DNA from: Halorussus marinus | GTDB taxonomy: Archaea > Halobacteriota > Halobacteria > Halobacteriales > Haladaptataceae | NCBI RefSeq assembly: GCF_004765795.1 | Contig: NZ_SBIV01000002.1 | Coordinates: forward strand, 248,001-312,000 | Direction: 5' to 3' | Length of the DNA stretch: 64,000 nucleotides | In this document: positions 8,132-19,851 of the stretch, one piece after another | Layout of the letters: every line of letters begins with the position of its first letter | Position numbering within the stretch: the stretch's first letter is position 1 | Made by a program: the position numbers and the translations under genes | The notes under the pieces: generated by a model | Told to the model about the DNA's origin: nothing | The model's input: only the letters and a program-made list of their open reading frames with translations | The model's database searches: none

Positions 8132-11047
8132 ATGTCTACAGGACAAACACCCAAAGAGATCGGCGAGATCAGCTTCGGGCTGATGGACCCCGAGGAGTAC
8201 CGAGAGATGTCGGCCACGAAGATCATCACCGCCGACACCTACGACGACGACGGCTTCCCCATCGACATGGGGCTGATGGACCCCCGGCTGGGCGTCATCG
8301 ACCCGGGACTGGAGTGCAAGACCTGCGGGAAGCACTCGGGGTCGTGTAACGGCCACTTCGGTCACATCGAGCTCGCGGCGCCGGTGATCCACGTCGGGTT
8401 CACGAAGCTCATCCGCCGGCTCCTGCGCGGGACGTGTCGGAACTGCTCGCGGCTGTTGCTCACCGACGACGAGGCCGCAAAGTACGAGTCGAAGCTCACC
8501 CGGACCCGGGAACTGAGCAACGACGTCAACGACGTGACCAAGGCCGCCATCCGGGAGGCACGCAAGCAAGACCGGTGTCCCCACTGCGGGGAGGTCCAGT
8601 ACGACATCAACCACGAGAAGCCGACCACCTACTACGAGGTCCAGCAGGTCCTCACCAGCGAGTACTCCGAGGTCATCGCGGCCGCGATGCAGGGCAAGGC
8701 CGACGACGACGAGGAGCGAGAACCCGTCCCGCCCCAGGAGCTCGCCGACCAGACCGGCATCGACCTCTCGCGCATCAACGAGATCATGTCGGGCGAGTTC
8801 CGGCCCCGAGAGGACGACCGGAAGGCCCTGGAGAAGGCCCTCGACATCGACCTCACCGAGGAGGACATGAACAAGCTGATGCCGAGCGACATCCGGGACT
8901 GGTTCGAGGACATCCCGGACGACGACATCGAGACGCTGGGCATCAACTCCGAGCGCTCGCGGCCCGAGTGGATGATCCTGACGGTCCTGCCGGTGCCGCC
9001 GGTGACCGCCCGGCCGTCGATCACGCTGGACAACGGCCAGCGGTCCGAGGACGACCTCACCCACAAGCTGGTCGACATCATCCGGATCAACCAGCGGTTC
9101 ATGGAGAACCGCGAGGCGGGCGCGCCCCAGCTCATCATCGAGGACCTCTGGGAACTGCTCCAGTACCACGTCACCACCTTCATGGACAACGAGATTTCGG
9201 GCACGCCGCCCGCCCGCCACCGCTCGGGGCGGCCCCTCAAGACCCTCAGCCAGCGGCTGAAGGGCAAGGAGGGCCGGTTCCGGGGCTCGCTGTCCGGCAA
9301 GCGCGTGAACTTCTCGGCCCGGACGGTCATCTCGCCGGACCCGACCCTGAGCCTCAACGAGGTCGGCGTCCCCGAGCGGGTCGCCCGCGAGATGACCCAG
9401 ACGATGAACGTGACCGAGCGCAACGTCAAGGAGGCTCGCCGGTACGTCTCGAACGGCCCCGAAGGCCATCCGGGCGCCAACTACGTCAAGCGCCCCGACG
9501 GCCGCCGGCTGAAGGTCACCGAGAAGAACTGCGAGGAGCTGGCGACCAAAGTCGAGGCGGGCTGGGAGGTCAACCGCCACATGGTCGACGGCGACATCAT
9601 CATCTTCAACCGCCAGCCGTCGCTCCACCGGATGTCGATCATGGCCCACGAGGTGGTCGTGATGCCGTACAAGACCTTCCGGCTCAACACCGTCGTCTGC
9701 CCGCCGTACAACGCGGACTTCGACGGCGACGAGATGAACATGCACGCCCTCCAGAACGAGGAGGCTCGCGCGGAGGCCCGCGTCCTCATGCGCGTTCAAG
9801 AACAGATCCTGAGCCCGCGGTTCGGCGAGAACATCATCGGCGCGATTCAGGACCACATCTCCGGGACCTTCCTGCTGACGAACGAGAACCCCCACTTCAA
9901 CGAGACGCAGGCGCTCGACCTCCTGCGGGCGACCCGGATCGACGAACTGCCCGACCCCTCCGGAAGCGAGGACGGCGAGCCGTTCTGGACCGGCCGGGAC
10001 ATCTTCTCGGAGTTGCTCCCCGACGACTTCGACCTGACGTTCACCGGGACCGTCGGCGAGGACGTGATCATCGAGGACGGCCAGCTCGTCGAGGGCACCA
10101 TCGCCGAGGACGAGGTGGGCGGCTTCGGCGGTCAGATCGTCGACACGATCACCAAGCAGTACGGCAACACTCGCGCGCGCATCTTCATCAACGAGGTCGC
10201 GGCGCTGGCGATGCGCTCGATCATGCACTTCGGGTTCTCGATCGGCATCGACGACGAGACGGTGCCCGCCGAGGCCCAAGAGCGCATCGACGAGGCAATC
10301 GACAACGCCTACGACCGCGTCGAGGAGCTCATCGACACCTACCAGAGCGGCGACCTCGAGTCGTTGCCCGGTCGGACGGTCGACGAGACCCTCGAGATGA
10401 AGATCATGCAGACGCTCGGGAAGGCCCGGGACTCCGCCGGCGACATCGCCGAGGACCACTTCGCCGACGACAACCCGGCCGTGGTCATGGCCGAGTCGGG
10501 CGCGCGTGGGTCGATCCTGAACCTCACCCAGATGGCCGGCTGTGTCGGCCAGCAGGCGGTTCGGGGCGAGCGGATCAACCGCGGCTACGAGGACCGCACG
10601 CTGAGCCACTACCAGCCCGACGACCTCTCGGCGGAGGCCCACGGCTTCGTGGAGCACTCGTACACCGGCGGCCTGAACCCGCGGGAGTTCTTCTTCCACG
10701 CGATGGGCGGCCGTGAGGGGCTGGTCGACACGGCGGTTCGGACCTCCAAGTCCGGCTACCTCCAGCGCCGGCTCATCAACGCTCTCTCGGAACTCGAAAC
10801 CCAGTACGACGGCACGGTGCGAGACACCTCCGACACCATCGTCCAGTTCGAGTTCGGCGAGGACGGCACGAGCCCGGTGCAGGTGTCCTCGAACGAGGAC
10901 ACTCCGGTCGACGTCGGCGAGATCGCCGACCGCGTGCTCGACGCGGAGTTCAAGGGGGCCGAGCGCGAGGAGTTCCTCGGCGAGAGCCTGCCGCCGACGA
11001 ACCTCTCGGAGCACGCCGACGCCCGACAGGTCGAGAGCGACGACTGA
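8132..11047 (+). CDS. rpoA1: RNA polymerase subunit A' (Rpo1N)
   Basis: Catalytic [11 protein letters not shown] motif; N-terminal CKTC..C.GH Zn site. Confidence 0.98.
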   Translation: MSTGQTPKEIGEISFGLMDPEEYREMSATKIITADTYDDDGFPIDMGLMDPRLGVIDPGLECKTCGKHSGSCNGHFGHIELAAPVIHVGFTKLIRRLLRGTCRNCSRLLLTDDEAAKYESKLTRTRELSNDVNDVTKAAIREARKQDRCPHCGEVQYDINHEKPTTYYEVQQVLTSEYSEVIAAAMQGKADDDEEREPVPPQELADQTGIDLSRINEIMSGEFRPREDDRKALEKALDIDLTEEDMNKLMPSDIRDWFEDIPDDDIETLGINSERSRPEWMILTVLPVPPVTARPSITLDNGQRSEDDLTHKLVDIIRINQRFMENREAGAPQLIIEDLWELLQYHVTTFMDNEISGTPPARHRSGRPLKTLSQRLKGKEGRFRGSLSGKRVNFSARTVISPDPTLSLNEVGVPERVAREMTQTMNVTERNVKEARRYVSNGPEGHPGANYVKRPDGRRLKVTEKNCEELATKVEAGWEVNRHMVDGDIIIFNRQPSLHRMSIMAHEVVVMPYKTFRLNTVVCPPYNADFDGDEMNMHALQNEEARAEARVLMRVQEQILSPRFGENIIGAIQDHISGTFLLTNENPHFNETQALDLLRATRIDELPDPSGSEDGEPFWTGRDIFSELLPDDFDLTFTGTVGEDVIIEDGQLVEGTIAEDEVGGFGGQIVDTITKQYGNTRARIFINEVAALAMRSIMHFGFSIGIDDETVPAEAQERIDEAIDNAYDRVEELIDTYQSGDLESLPGRTVDETLEMKIMQTLGKARDSAGDIAEDHFADDNPAVVMAESGARGSILNLTQMAGCVGQQAVRGERINRGYEDRTLSHYQPDDLSAEAHGFVEHSYTGGLNPREFFFHAMGGREGLVDTAVRTSKSGYLQRRLINALSELETQYDGTVRDTSDTIVQFEFGEDGTSPVQVSSNEDTPVDVGEIADRVLDAEFKGAEREEFLGESLPPTNLSEHADARQVESDD

Positions 11048-11060
11048 ACCCAATCCAACC

Positions 11061-12251
11061 ATGACCGACTACGACGTATCCGAGGACATCGAGGCCGTCG
11101 TCGAGGACACCGAGCTCCCCCGACGGCTGAAAGACGAAGTGTACAGTACCATCGAGGATCGGGGCGCCGAGCTGTCGCAGGCCGACGACCTCGCGAAGGC
11201 GGTCGAAAAGCAGTACCTCGACACCCGGGTCGACCCGCTCGACCCCGTGGGGACGGTCTCGGCCCAGTCCATCGGGGAGCCGGGGACCCAGATGACGATG
11301 AACACGTTCCACTACGCGGGGGTCGCGGAGATCGACGTGACCCAGGGCCTGCCCCGGCTCATCGAGCTGGTCGACGCCCGCAAGACGCCCGACACACCGA
11401 TGATGACGGTCCACCTCGAAGACGAGTACGCCGTCGACCGCGAGAAGGCCCACGAGGTCGTCTGGCAGATCGAGGCGACCAAGATCCTCGCGCTCGGGGA
11501 CATCTCCACGAACGTCGCGGACATGATCGTCTCGATCGACCTGAACGAAGACACTCTCGACGAGCGGATGATCGCGCCCGATCAGGTCGCCGACATCATC
11601 GAAGACGAGCTCGGCGTCGGTACCACCCAGCAGGGGACCGTCATCGAGTTCGGCCCCCAAGAGCCCAGCTACCGCGACCTGCTCCAGCTCGTCGAACAGC
11701 TCCGGGACATCGTGTTCAAGGGGATCGAGGACATCTCGCGGGTCGTCATCCGGAAAGAGCAACTCGAGGAGCGCGAGGAGTTCGTCCTCTACACCGAGGG
11801 GTCGGCGTTCGGCGACGTCATCGACATCGAGGGCGTCGACGCGAGCCGGACCACCTCGAACAACATCCACGAGATCCACAAGAACCTCGGGATCGAGGCG
11901 GCCCGCGAGTCGATCATCAACGAGACGATGGACACCCTCGAAGAGCAGGGGCTCGACGACGTGAACGTCCGCCATCTGATGCTGGTCGCCGACATCATGA
12001 CCAACGAGGGCACCATCGAGTCCATCGGCCGCCACGGCATCTCCGGGAACAAGAACTCGGTGCTCGCGCGGGCGGCGTTCGAGGTGACGGTCAACCACCT
12101 GCTCGACGCCGCGATCCACGGCGAGGTCGACGACCTGAACGGCGTGACCGAGAACGTCATCGTCGGCAAGCCGATCAAGCTCGGCACCGGCGACGTGAAC
12201 CTCCGGATGGGATCGCTGTCCGGCGAGGCCGAGCCCGAGCCCTCGGACTGA
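11061..12251 (+). CDS. rpoA2: RNA polymerase subunit A'' (Rpo1C)
   Basis: [36 protein letters not shown]. Confidence 0.97.
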   Translation: MTDYDVSEDIEAVVEDTELPRRLKDEVYSTIEDRGAELSQADDLAKAVEKQYLDTRVDPLDPVGTVSAQSIGEPGTQMTMNTFHYAGVAEIDVTQGLPRLIELVDARKTPDTPMMTVHLEDEYAVDREKAHEVVWQIEATKILALGDISTNVADMIVSIDLNEDTLDERMIAPDQVADIIEDELGVGTTQQGTVIEFGPQEPSYRDLLQLVEQLRDIVFKGIEDISRVVIRKEQLEEREEFVLYTEGSAFGDVIDIEGVDASRTTSNNIHEIHKNLGIEAARESIINETMDTLEEQGLDDVNVRHLMLVADIMTNEGTIESIGRHGISGNKNSVLARAAFEVTVNHLLDAAIHGEVDDLNGVTENVIVGKPIKLGTGDVNLRMGSLSGEAEPEPSD

Positions 12252-12252
12252 G

Positions 12253-12681
12253 ATGGTCGTCACGCTCTCGGATACGGCCCGCCGGTACATCGCGCTGTTC
12301 GAGGACGCGACCGGCGCGACCGCCCGCGACTGCGTGATCTTCGAGGACGACGGCGAACGGATCGTCTTCCTCGTCAAGCCCGGCGATATGGCCCGGGCCA
12401 TCGGCTCGGGCGGCGAGAACGTCCGGAGCGTCGAGGAGCAACTCGGCACGGACGTGACGCTCGTCGAGGACGCCGACACCGCCGAGGCGTTCGTCGCCAA
12501 CGCGCTGGCGCCGGCGGCGGTGTACAACGTCACCGTCAGCGAGGACGACGAGACGGTGGCGTACGCCGAGGTGGACGCCGCCGACACCGGCGTCGCGATC
12601 GGCGAGGACGGACGCAACATCGCGGCGGCCGAGCGGCTGGCGAAGCGCCACTACGACATCGACGACATCCAGTTGACGTAG
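12253..12681 (+). CDS. nusA: Archaeal NusA (KH domains)
   Basis: AIGSGGENV and AIGEDGRNI KH motifs; position after rpoA''. Confidence 0.93.
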   Translation: MVVTLSDTARRYIALFEDATGATARDCVIFEDDGERIVFLVKPGDMARAIGSGGENVRSVEEQLGTDVTLVEDADTAEAFVANALAPAAVYNVTVSEDDETVAYAEVDAADTGVAIGEDGRNIAAAERLAKRHYDIDDIQLT

Positions 12682-12801
12682 GCCGGTCGTCGCTCCCGGC
12701 GGGGAGCGCGTCGACGACTCGGCTCGTTTTTCGGAAAACGAACGGCGCGATAGCCACCGGTCCGGCGGGGCGGTCGGCTCGAACACCGGCGGGGCAGTCG
12801 G

Positions 12802-14757
12802 CTACTCCGGGCGGCCGCCGTCCTCGATGGCGACGTTCGCCGGCGCGGCCGGATCGGCACCCTCGCCGCTCACGTCGAACTTCTCCACGAGCATCTGGAG
12901 GCGCTCGGCACGATCGCCGAGCGACTCGACGGCGGCGCTCACCTCCGACATGGAGGCGGCCTGCTGTTGGGCGGCCGCCGAGACGCCCTCGGTCTCGTCG
13001 GCGGTCGACCGACTGATGTCCGCGACCTCCTCGATCATCGAGACGACCTCCTCGGTGCCGGCGGCCTGGTCGTCGGTGGTGTCGCTGATCTCCTGAATGC
13101 CGCCGTCGGTCCGCTCGGCGTTCTCGGCCACCGCCGAGAACGCGTCGAGGACGTCCTGGACCGCCTCGACGCTCTCCTCGACGTACTGGTCGGCCGAACG
13201 GACCTCCTCGACCGTCGTCGCGGTCTGGGACTGGGTCTCCTCGATGCGCTGTTCGATCTCGGTGGCGGACGCTCTGGTCTCCTCGGCCAGTTCTTTGACC
13301 TCGTTCGCGACGACCGCGAACCCGTCGCCGCGCTTGGCCCCGTCGCCGCCGGCCCGGGCGGCCTCGATGTTGGCGTTGAGCGCGAGCATGTTCGTCTGGT
13401 CGGCGATGTCGCTTATGAGATCGACGATCTCGCTGATTTCGGTCATCTGGCGGTCGAGGACCTCGACCTTCTCGACCGTGGCGTCGATCGCCTCCCGAAC
13501 CGCCCGGGAGTCGTCGATCGCCTGGCGCGCGGTCGCCTCGCCGTCCTCTGCGATCTCGGCGGTCTCGCGGGACGTCTCGGCGACGGTTTCGGCCGAGGCG
13601 GCCACCTCCTCGACGGTCGCCGAGAGGTCGGTCATCTCGTCGGCAACCGTCTCGAGCATCTCACGTTGCTCGTCGGCGCCCGCGGCGATCTCCTGGACGG
13701 ACTCGCTGACGCCTTCGCTGGCTTCTCGGGCCTCGTCGGTGCCGGCGGTCGCGTCCCCGCTCGCGTCGGCCACGTCGTCCGCGAACTGCTGGATCTCGCG
13801 CATCGCCGACTCCGTCTCGTCCATCATCTCGTTGAACGCCTCGCCGATCTGCGCCATCGCCTCGCTCTCGCTCTCGGCGTCGAGTCGGACGTGGAGTTCG
13901 CCCTCGGCCGCCCGCGCCATGGTCGCGCTGTAGGCGTCGGCCTTGGCTTCGAGGTGGTCGTTGAGACGCTCGACCTCCCGCTGGCGGGCCTCGGCCTCGG
14001 CCTTTGCCTCCTCGGCTTCCGCCTTGGCGGCCTCGATCTCGGCCTTCTTGGCTTCGAGGTCCTCGACCTCGGCGGTCTTCGCTTCGGCCTGTTCGAGCTG
14101 TCGCTGGGCCTCCTCGCGGGAGCGCTCGGTCGAGTACCAGTGGGCCATCAGCGCCGCGGCGAGCGCGAGCACGAACGTCGCGTGGATGAACGACCACGCC
14201 CACGGGTTGTTGATACCGGCGGTGTGGTTGTACACCCGGCTCGGTTCGATCATGCCGAAGTAGCCGTGCTGGAGCGCGACGTAGGCGATGCCGAGCAGGA
14301 ACGGGAGCCAGTCCTCGTAGACGGCGACGACCGCCATCACGACGAAAAAGTGGAAGTGCGCCTCGATGTACCCCCCGGAGAAGTGAACCAGGAACCCCGA
14401 GGTGGTCACCAGCCCCAGCGTGGCGAGTGCGGTCCGGGTGCGGCGGCCGAATCGCGACCACCTCGCGAGGAGCGCGAGTCCGACGACGATCCCGACTTCG
14501 AGGAGGACCCGCCACAGCGGGATGACGGGGATCGTCGCGCCGGTGACCGCGGACTCGGTCCCCTCGTACAGTCCGAGCGCGAGGAGGAGCGGGACGTGGG
14601 CCGCGAGAACCAACAGGATGTTGCGGTGGCGACCCCGCCAGGTCTCCTCGGGGATCGTGTCGCCGCTCGGAATGTACTCGACGAACTCGCGAATCTTGCT
14701 CTCCCACCCGTCGATCGGAGAGCTCGGTTGTCCCGCCCCGTCGGTGGTTCCTGCCAT
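12802..14757 (-). CDS. Methyl-accepting chemotaxis protein, HtrVIII-like (membrane sensor, HAMP and MA domains)
   Basis: About 6 TM helices with IEAHFHFFV motif; [20 protein letters not shown]...[14 protein letters not shown] signalling hairpin. Confidence 0.9.
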   Translation of the reverse strand: MAGTTDGAGQPSSPIDGWESKIREFVEYIPSGDTIPEETWRGRHRNILLVLAAHVPLLLALGLYEGTESAVTGATIPVIPLWRVLLEVGIVVGLALLARWSRFGRRTRTALATLGLVTTSGFLVHFSGGYIEAHFHFFVVMAVVAVYEDWLPFLLGIAYVALQHGYFGMIEPSRVYNHTAGINNPWAWSFIHATFVLALAAALMAHWYSTERSREEAQRQLEQAEAKTAEVEDLEAKKAEIEAAKAEAEEAKAEAEARQREVERLNDHLEAKADAYSATMARAAEGELHVRLDAESESEAMAQIGEAFNEMMDETESAMREIQQFADDVADASGDATAGTDEAREASEGVSESVQEIAAGADEQREMLETVADEMTDLSATVEEVAASAETVAETSRETAEIAEDGEATARQAIDDSRAVREAIDATVEKVEVLDRQMTEISEIVDLISDIADQTNMLALNANIEAARAGGDGAKRGDGFAVVANEVKELAEETRASATEIEQRIEETQSQTATTVEEVRSADQYVEESVEAVQDVLDAFSAVAENAERTDGGIQEISDTTDDQAAGTEEVVSMIEEVADISRSTADETEGVSAAAQQQAASMSEVSAAVESLGDRAERLQMLVEKFDVSGEGADPAAPANVAIEDGGRPE

Positions 14758-15037
14758 ATAGAGCCAGCGCCGACTACAGCGCCAAAAATATTGGGGCGGC
14801 GCTATCAACCATAATAATCGTCGCGCCTGCGCGAGACCGGTCGTCGGCGGCGCTCCGGACTGATCCCCGTTCGGCCCAGCGACGGACTCTCCGTTCCGAA
14901 CCGAACCTAAGCGCCGCGGAGAACCATTCGATGAGACTGGCTCAGATCCCGTAATCGACCCCTCTCGGCCGCCCTGCGGCCGTAACTCCGGGTGAAAGAG
15001 GGAGGCTTAAGTAGCTCCGACGGGTAGCCCACGCCAT

Positions 15038-15466
15038 ATGGCGAACGGCAAGTACGCAGCCCGGAAGCTGAAGAAGGACCGCCAGAATCACCGGTGGTCC
15101 GACTCCGATTACGCCCGACGCGAGCGCGGTCTCGGGGAGAAGTCCGACCCCCTCGAAGGCGCGCCCCAGGGCCGAGGTATCGTTCTGGAGAAGGTGGGCA
15201 TCGAGGCGAAACAGCCCAACTCCGCGATCCGGAAGTGCGTCCGGGTCCAGCTCATCAAGAACGGCAAGCAGGTCACCGCCTTCTGTCCCGGCGACGGCGC
15301 GATCTCGTTCATCGACGAACACGACGAGGTCACCATCGCGGGCATCGGCGGCGCGAAGGGTCGTGCGATGGGCGACCTCTCTGGGGTCAACTACAAGGTA
15401 GAGAAGGTCAACGGCGTGAGCCTCGAAGAACTGGTTCGCGGGAACGCGGAGAAGCCGGTGCGATAA
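15038..15466 (+). CDS. rps12: 30S ribosomal protein S12 (uS12)
   Basis: [30 protein letters not shown]. Confidence 0.98.
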   Translation: MANGKYAARKLKKDRQNHRWSDSDYARRERGLGEKSDPLEGAPQGRGIVLEKVGIEAKQPNSAIRKCVRVQLIKNGKQVTAFCPGDGAISFIDEHDEVTIAGIGGAKGRAMGDLSGVNYKVEKVNGVSLEELVRGNAEKPVR

Positions 15467-15468
15467 TC

Positions 15469-16083
15469 ATGGCCGCAGAAGACCAACCCGAACCCGACAA
15501 GCCTGCGGGCACCGACGAGGAAGGCGCGGCGACGAAGCTGTTCGACGAGTGGGACGTGACCAACATCGACTACACGGACCCCTCGACCGAACGCTACATC
15601 ACGGTCACCCCGGTCGCCCACACGATGGGCCGCCACGCCGGCAAGCAGTTCCAGAAGAGCGAGATCTCCATCGTCGAGCGGCTCACCAACCGCCTGATGC
15701 AGACCGAGGAGAACACCGGCAAGAAACAGCAGGCGCTCCGGATCGTCCGGGAGGCCTTCGAGACCATCCACGCAGAGACCGACGAGAACCCCGTGCAGGT
15801 CCTCGTGGAAGCCGTCGAGAACGCCGCCCCGCGCGAGGAGACCGTCCGCCTGAAGTACGGCGGTATCTCAGTGCCGAAGGCGGTCGACGTGGCGCCCCAG
15901 CGCCGGGTCGACCAGTCGCTGAAGTTCATCGCCGAGGGCGTCTACAGCTCGTCGTTCAAGACGTCGACCGACGCGGCCGAGGCGCTGGCGAACCAGCTCG
16001 TCGGCGCGGCCAACTACGACGTCCAGACGTACGCGATCAACCAGAAAGAAGAGAAAGAGCGCGTCGCGGCCGCGGCCCGCTAA
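15469..16083 (+). CDS. rps7: 30S ribosomal protein S7 (uS7)
   Basis: ENAAPREETVRLKYGG...AVDVAPQRRVD; ends KERVAAAAR. Confidence 0.98.
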   Translation: MAAEDQPEPDKPAGTDEEGAATKLFDEWDVTNIDYTDPSTERYITVTPVAHTMGRHAGKQFQKSEISIVERLTNRLMQTEENTGKKQQALRIVREAFETIHAETDENPVQVLVEAVENAAPREETVRLKYGGISVPKAVDVAPQRRVDQSLKFIAEGVYSSSFKTSTDAAEALANQLVGAANYDVQTYAINQKEEKERVAAAAR

Positions 16084-16158
16084 GTCTCTCTCCGTTCTCT
16101 CGGTTTCAGCTCTCGACCAGCCGCGGCGCTCGCCGGGCCGGGCGACCGCCGTGACGTC

Positions 16159-16485
16159 TCACTCGCCAGCCGCGCCGACGAGCACGAACGTGCTCTCGGT
16201 GTCGCCGTTGTGGATCTGGCGGCTCGCCTCGGCGGGGACGCGCAGGGCCTCGCCGCCGCTCAGTTCGACGTCCTCGCCGTCGACGGTGACCGTCGCCGAG
16301 CCGTCGACGAGCACGTACACTTCCTCCTGGCCGTCCTCGGCGTGGTCGTGTTCCTTCCCGGTCCAGCCGGGGTCGGCCTCCAGCAGGGTGACCCCGACCG
16401 TCTCGCAGTCGAGGGGGTCGCGGAGAAATCGCATCCCGTCGCCGATCGGTTCGACCGCGTCGGAGTCGACTTTCGTGTAGGACAT
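16159..16485 (-). CDS. Cupin domain protein
   Basis: EHDHAEDGQEEVYVLVDG ... RVPAEASRQIHN. Confidence 0.85.
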   Translation of the reverse strand: MSYTKVDSDAVEPIGDGMRFLRDPLDCETVGVTLLEADPGWTGKEHDHAEDGQEEVYVLVDGSATVTVDGEDVELSGGEALRVPAEASRQIHNGDTESTFVLVGAAGE

Positions 16486-16658
16486 GCGGGTCGGTGTACG
16501 GCCGCGAGGCTGATATAACGTGGGCCGGGTCGCCGCGCGGTCGGGGCGGGCCACTCGGGGTCGAGCCGCCTCCTCCGCGGTCGCGCCACCGTCCACCCCG
16601 ATCGGGGCGCCTCGCCGAAAAGGGATAGATTTTAGGCCCGCCTAAACAACCCGCGGGT

Positions 16659-18017
16659 ATGAGCGAACTCCCTGACGCGACTCGGAGGCGCTTGCTCTCG
16701 GCGGCCGCCGGGGCGGGCGCGGCCGCCCTCGCCGGCTGTGCGAACGTCGAAGTTGGCGACGGCGGGACCGAGACCACGGCGACGCCGAAGTACGACGTTG
16801 CGGTGTCCCACGACGAGACCGCGTGGGCGAAGTACGACCCCGACTGGGCGGGCCCGACCGATCCGCCGGTGCCCGCAGACGTGACCGTCGAGGTGCTCGT
16901 CGAGAACCTCGAAATCCCGTGGGACCTCGCGTTCGCGCCGGACGGCGACCTGTTCATCACCGAACGGACCGGCAACGTCCTGCGGTTCGACGCCGGCGAG
17001 GTGACCGAGGTCACCGCCCCGGACGGCGTGCTCGACGCCGAGGCCATGGAGCCGGGCACCGACGAGCGGTCGTGGTTCATCGCGGGCGGGGAGGGCGGGA
17101 TGCTCGGCATCGCGGTCCACCCGGCGTACCCCGACGCGCCCTACATCTACACCTACTACACCACCCAGCCCGACGGCGAGCCGAAGACGAACCGGATCGC
17201 CCGGTTCGACGTGAGCGCCGACGACCCCGCCGCGACCGAGGAGGTGCTGGTCGACGGTATCCCGGGCGACGCAATCCACAACGGCGGCCGGATCGCGTTC
17301 GGCCCCGCGAACTACCTCTGGGCGACGATCGGCGACGCCGGCGAGAAAGAACTCGCCCAGGACCCGAGCGCGCTCCCGGGGAGCGTCCTCCGACTCACGC
17401 CCGACGGGCAACCCCACCCCGACAACCCCGAAACGGGCGACCCGCGGGTGTTCACCTACGGCCACCGGAACCCGCAGGGGATCACCTGGCTCCCGGACGC
17501 CCGGCCGATCATCACCGAGCACGGCCCGGACGGCCGCGGGGAGACGAACCTGCTCCGGGCGGGCGCGAACTACGGCTGGCCCGAGGTCCGAACCGCCGAG
17601 GCGTACGCCGGCGACGACGAGTACGCCCACCCGCTGACCAACAGCGGCGAGGAGTCGTGGGGCATCTGTGGCTGCGTGTTCTACACCGGCGAGGCGGTCC
17701 CCCCGTGGTCGAACCGGCTCGTGATCGGGACGCTCATCGGCCAGCACGTCAACCTCGTGACGCTCAACCGCGAGGGCGAGGCGCCGCCCCGCGACGAGGA
17801 CGCACAGGTCTTCGACGAGCCGTGGTACGACGACGCGCTCGCGGCGACCTCCCACCGGACCCTGCAGGACGTGCTCGGGCGCGTGCGCCACGTCGAGCAG
17901 GGCCCCGACGGCGACCTCTACGCCATCACTTCGAACCGCGACGGCCGACCCAAGTCCGAGTCGCCATTTCCCCGCGAGCGCGACGACGTGCTCGTGCGGC
18001 TCACGCTCGCGGAGTGA
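16659..18017 (+). CDS. PQQ-dependent aldose sugar dehydrogenase (YliI-like), Tat lipoprotein
   Basis: TRRRLL...LAGC signal; PWDLAF, EGGMLGIAVHP, HNGGRIAFGP, YGHRNPQG. Confidence 0.9.
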   Translation: MSELPDATRRRLLSAAAGAGAAALAGCANVEVGDGGTETTATPKYDVAVSHDETAWAKYDPDWAGPTDPPVPADVTVEVLVENLEIPWDLAFAPDGDLFITERTGNVLRFDAGEVTEVTAPDGVLDAEAMEPGTDERSWFIAGGEGGMLGIAVHPAYPDAPYIYTYYTTQPDGEPKTNRIARFDVSADDPAATEEVLVDGIPGDAIHNGGRIAFGPANYLWATIGDAGEKELAQDPSALPGSVLRLTPDGQPHPDNPETGDPRVFTYGHRNPQGITWLPDARPIITEHGPDGRGETNLLRAGANYGWPEVRTAEAYAGDDEYAHPLTNSGEESWGICGCVFYTGEAVPPWSNRLVIGTLIGQHVNLVTLNREGEAPPRDEDAQVFDEPWYDDALAATSHRTLQDVLGRVRHVEQGPDGDLYAITSNRDGRPKSESPFPRERDDVLVRLTLAE

Positions 18018-18369
18018 GTCAGCCGGGAGCGCGTCGGTGGCTCGGGACGACGGCCACGTTCGGGGACGAATCGACCGCGAGACGGTCTATCGGCACCCGA
18101 ACCGCCGGGGGCAGGAGCCGTACAGTCGCCGGCCGAACCCGGCCACCGGCTTTTGAGGCAAAACACCGACAGAATCGTCTGGTAGCTTCCCTGAGAGACC
18201 GCCACGATTCGGTCTGTCTCCTCGTCGGTATCCCGATCACAGTAATGGTGACAGACCACTCAAACTGTCGATCGGGACGCCCCGCCACCGTACTCGCTAA
18301 TCCGTGTCGGCGTCGAAGCCGTCACCAGAGCCGAGACTGCGAGTACGATACGACACTCGCGGCGCGATT

Positions 18370-19545
18370 CTATCCGTATCCGCCGGGTTCGACCTCGATG
18401 AGTAGGGGGAGGTTTTCCCCGTAAAACGACGCGGGCCGAGTGAAGGCGCTAACGCCGACGGAGTCGTCGCCGACGGGGACGAACGAGTCGTTCACCGCGG
18501 GCGCCTCGTTCACACGCACCCGAACTCGATCGGGCGCGGTCCGTAGCCGATAGAGATACAGCGTCTCGCCGGGTTCGAAGTCCTCGACGCTCACGTCGAT
18601 ATCCCGTCCGTCCGGGAAGAACGTCCGAATGGTCGCGTTCGAGACCCGAAGTCCGCCGGTGTGTTCCAGCGCGAGGACCGTCCCGTTCCCGACCACCGAA
18701 CCGGTCAATTGCGGGAGTTCGGCCCTCACCCAGTCGGGGCGTGTCGGCGCGACCACGCCGGTTCGAAGCGCGTAGTTCAGTCGAACGATTCTCCGATCGG
18801 AGCCGGAGCCGTAGCGCTGTACGACGGTGGCGTCGTGGATGCGTCCCGATCGATCGACCAGGACTCGGCCGTGGGTGCTCGCGATCGGCGTGGTGTTCGC
18901 GCGGAGTCCAGTCGCCCAGAACTCGTGGAGAGTTCGATTCGCAGTCGTGACGGTTCCCGTATAGGCGTACGTCGACGAGTTCAACCGATCGCCCAGCAGT
19001 GCCGTCACGCTCCGTCGGAACCCCGGGTCGGTGCTCTCCCCGCTTGCATATCTGTAAGAGATCGCCTGAGACGGGGACCCGACACTCGTTTTGGCCGCGA
19101 AGGCGTTCTCCGCGGACCAGAACTCGTTGAGGACGTCGTCGGTGCTGAGTCTGGTGAGCGAACGCGACGGCCCGTTGGTGCTGTTGATCGTTATCGTCGT
19201 GGTCTCGGCGCCGGCCGCCCGCGGGTCCGACGCGCCCGAGACCTGATCCCACTCGGCCTCCACCGTGTAGGTGATATCGTTCAGCGCCGATTTGTGTACC
19301 TCGACGAGCCGCGTCACGTTCTCGATGCCGGTCGCGGACGTTCCGGGAGGAAGCTCGGTCGTGTCGTTCGTCGACGCCACCGGCGTCGGTACCGGAAGCG
19401 ATCGAGTAGCGGTCTCACTCGTCGCATCGTGGGCGGGTCTGGGCTGGACCGTGGGAGTAGCCACAGACAGCGCGACTAAGCCGATGCACGCGACGGCGAT
19501 CAACACGCGGCCGCCGGACTCGGGCGTGGATTTGGACGTACTCAT
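18370..19545 (-). CDS. Secreted/surface protein of unknown function, probable glycoprotein
   Basis: N-terminal hydrophobic segment, Thr/Pro linker, LPPGTSATGIEN..LVEVH motif, nine N-x-S/T sequons. Confidence 0.7.
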   Translation of the reverse strand: MSTSKSTPESGGRVLIAVACIGLVALSVATPTVQPRPAHDATSETATRSLPVPTPVASTNDTTELPPGTSATGIENVTRLVEVHKSALNDITYTVEAEWDQVSGASDPRAAGAETTTITINSTNGPSRSLTRLSTDDVLNEFWSAENAFAAKTSVGSPSQAISYRYASGESTDPGFRRSVTALLGDRLNSSTYAYTGTVTTANRTLHEFWATGLRANTTPIASTHGRVLVDRSGRIHDATVVQRYGSGSDRRIVRLNYALRTGVVAPTRPDWVRAELPQLTGSVVGNGTVLALEHTGGLRVSNATIRTFFPDGRDIDVSVEDFEPGETLYLYRLRTAPDRVRVRVNEAPAVNDSFVPVGDDSVGVSAFTRPASFYGENLPLLIEVEPGGYG

Positions 19546-19851
19546 GAGCGGACCCCTGAGTCGGTCGACGGTCTCGGACAGTAGCGGTTTCCGTGGCGTC
19601 TCGCGGGGAGCGGACTCGGCGTCGAGGAACTGGTCGGTCGATTCACTGTGATCACGGAGTGGTGGTCAGCGACCGCGAACCGGTGGCGGTGTAACGGACA
19701 CGTCGTCGTTCGACTTTGTTATTAGCTCTCGAACCGGGGTAAGTCCGGGTTTAGATACGGTAAGCAAGGTAACACCTCGACCGATTCGACGCCCGATGCC
19801 GGCTTCCAAAGGCCGGAGATGGACGTACTCGACGGCGCCCCTGCTACTGTG

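Noticed and set aside
6017..11062. Very long antisense ORFs (1681 aa here; also 4417-6099, 20780-23920, 24754-26886, 59776-61848)
   Set aside because: These are shadow frames of GC-rich, GAC/GAG-biased genes. They lie opposite unambiguous core genes and have no recognisable motifs.
11270..11320. Intein in RpoA'' at the GEPGTQ/MT site
   Set aside because: The motif is continuous ([15 protein letters not shown]) and the protein is of normal length.
12245..12260. No rpl30e between rpoA'' and nusA; split rpoB and rpoA
   Set aside because: These are established features of Halobacteria and not novel.
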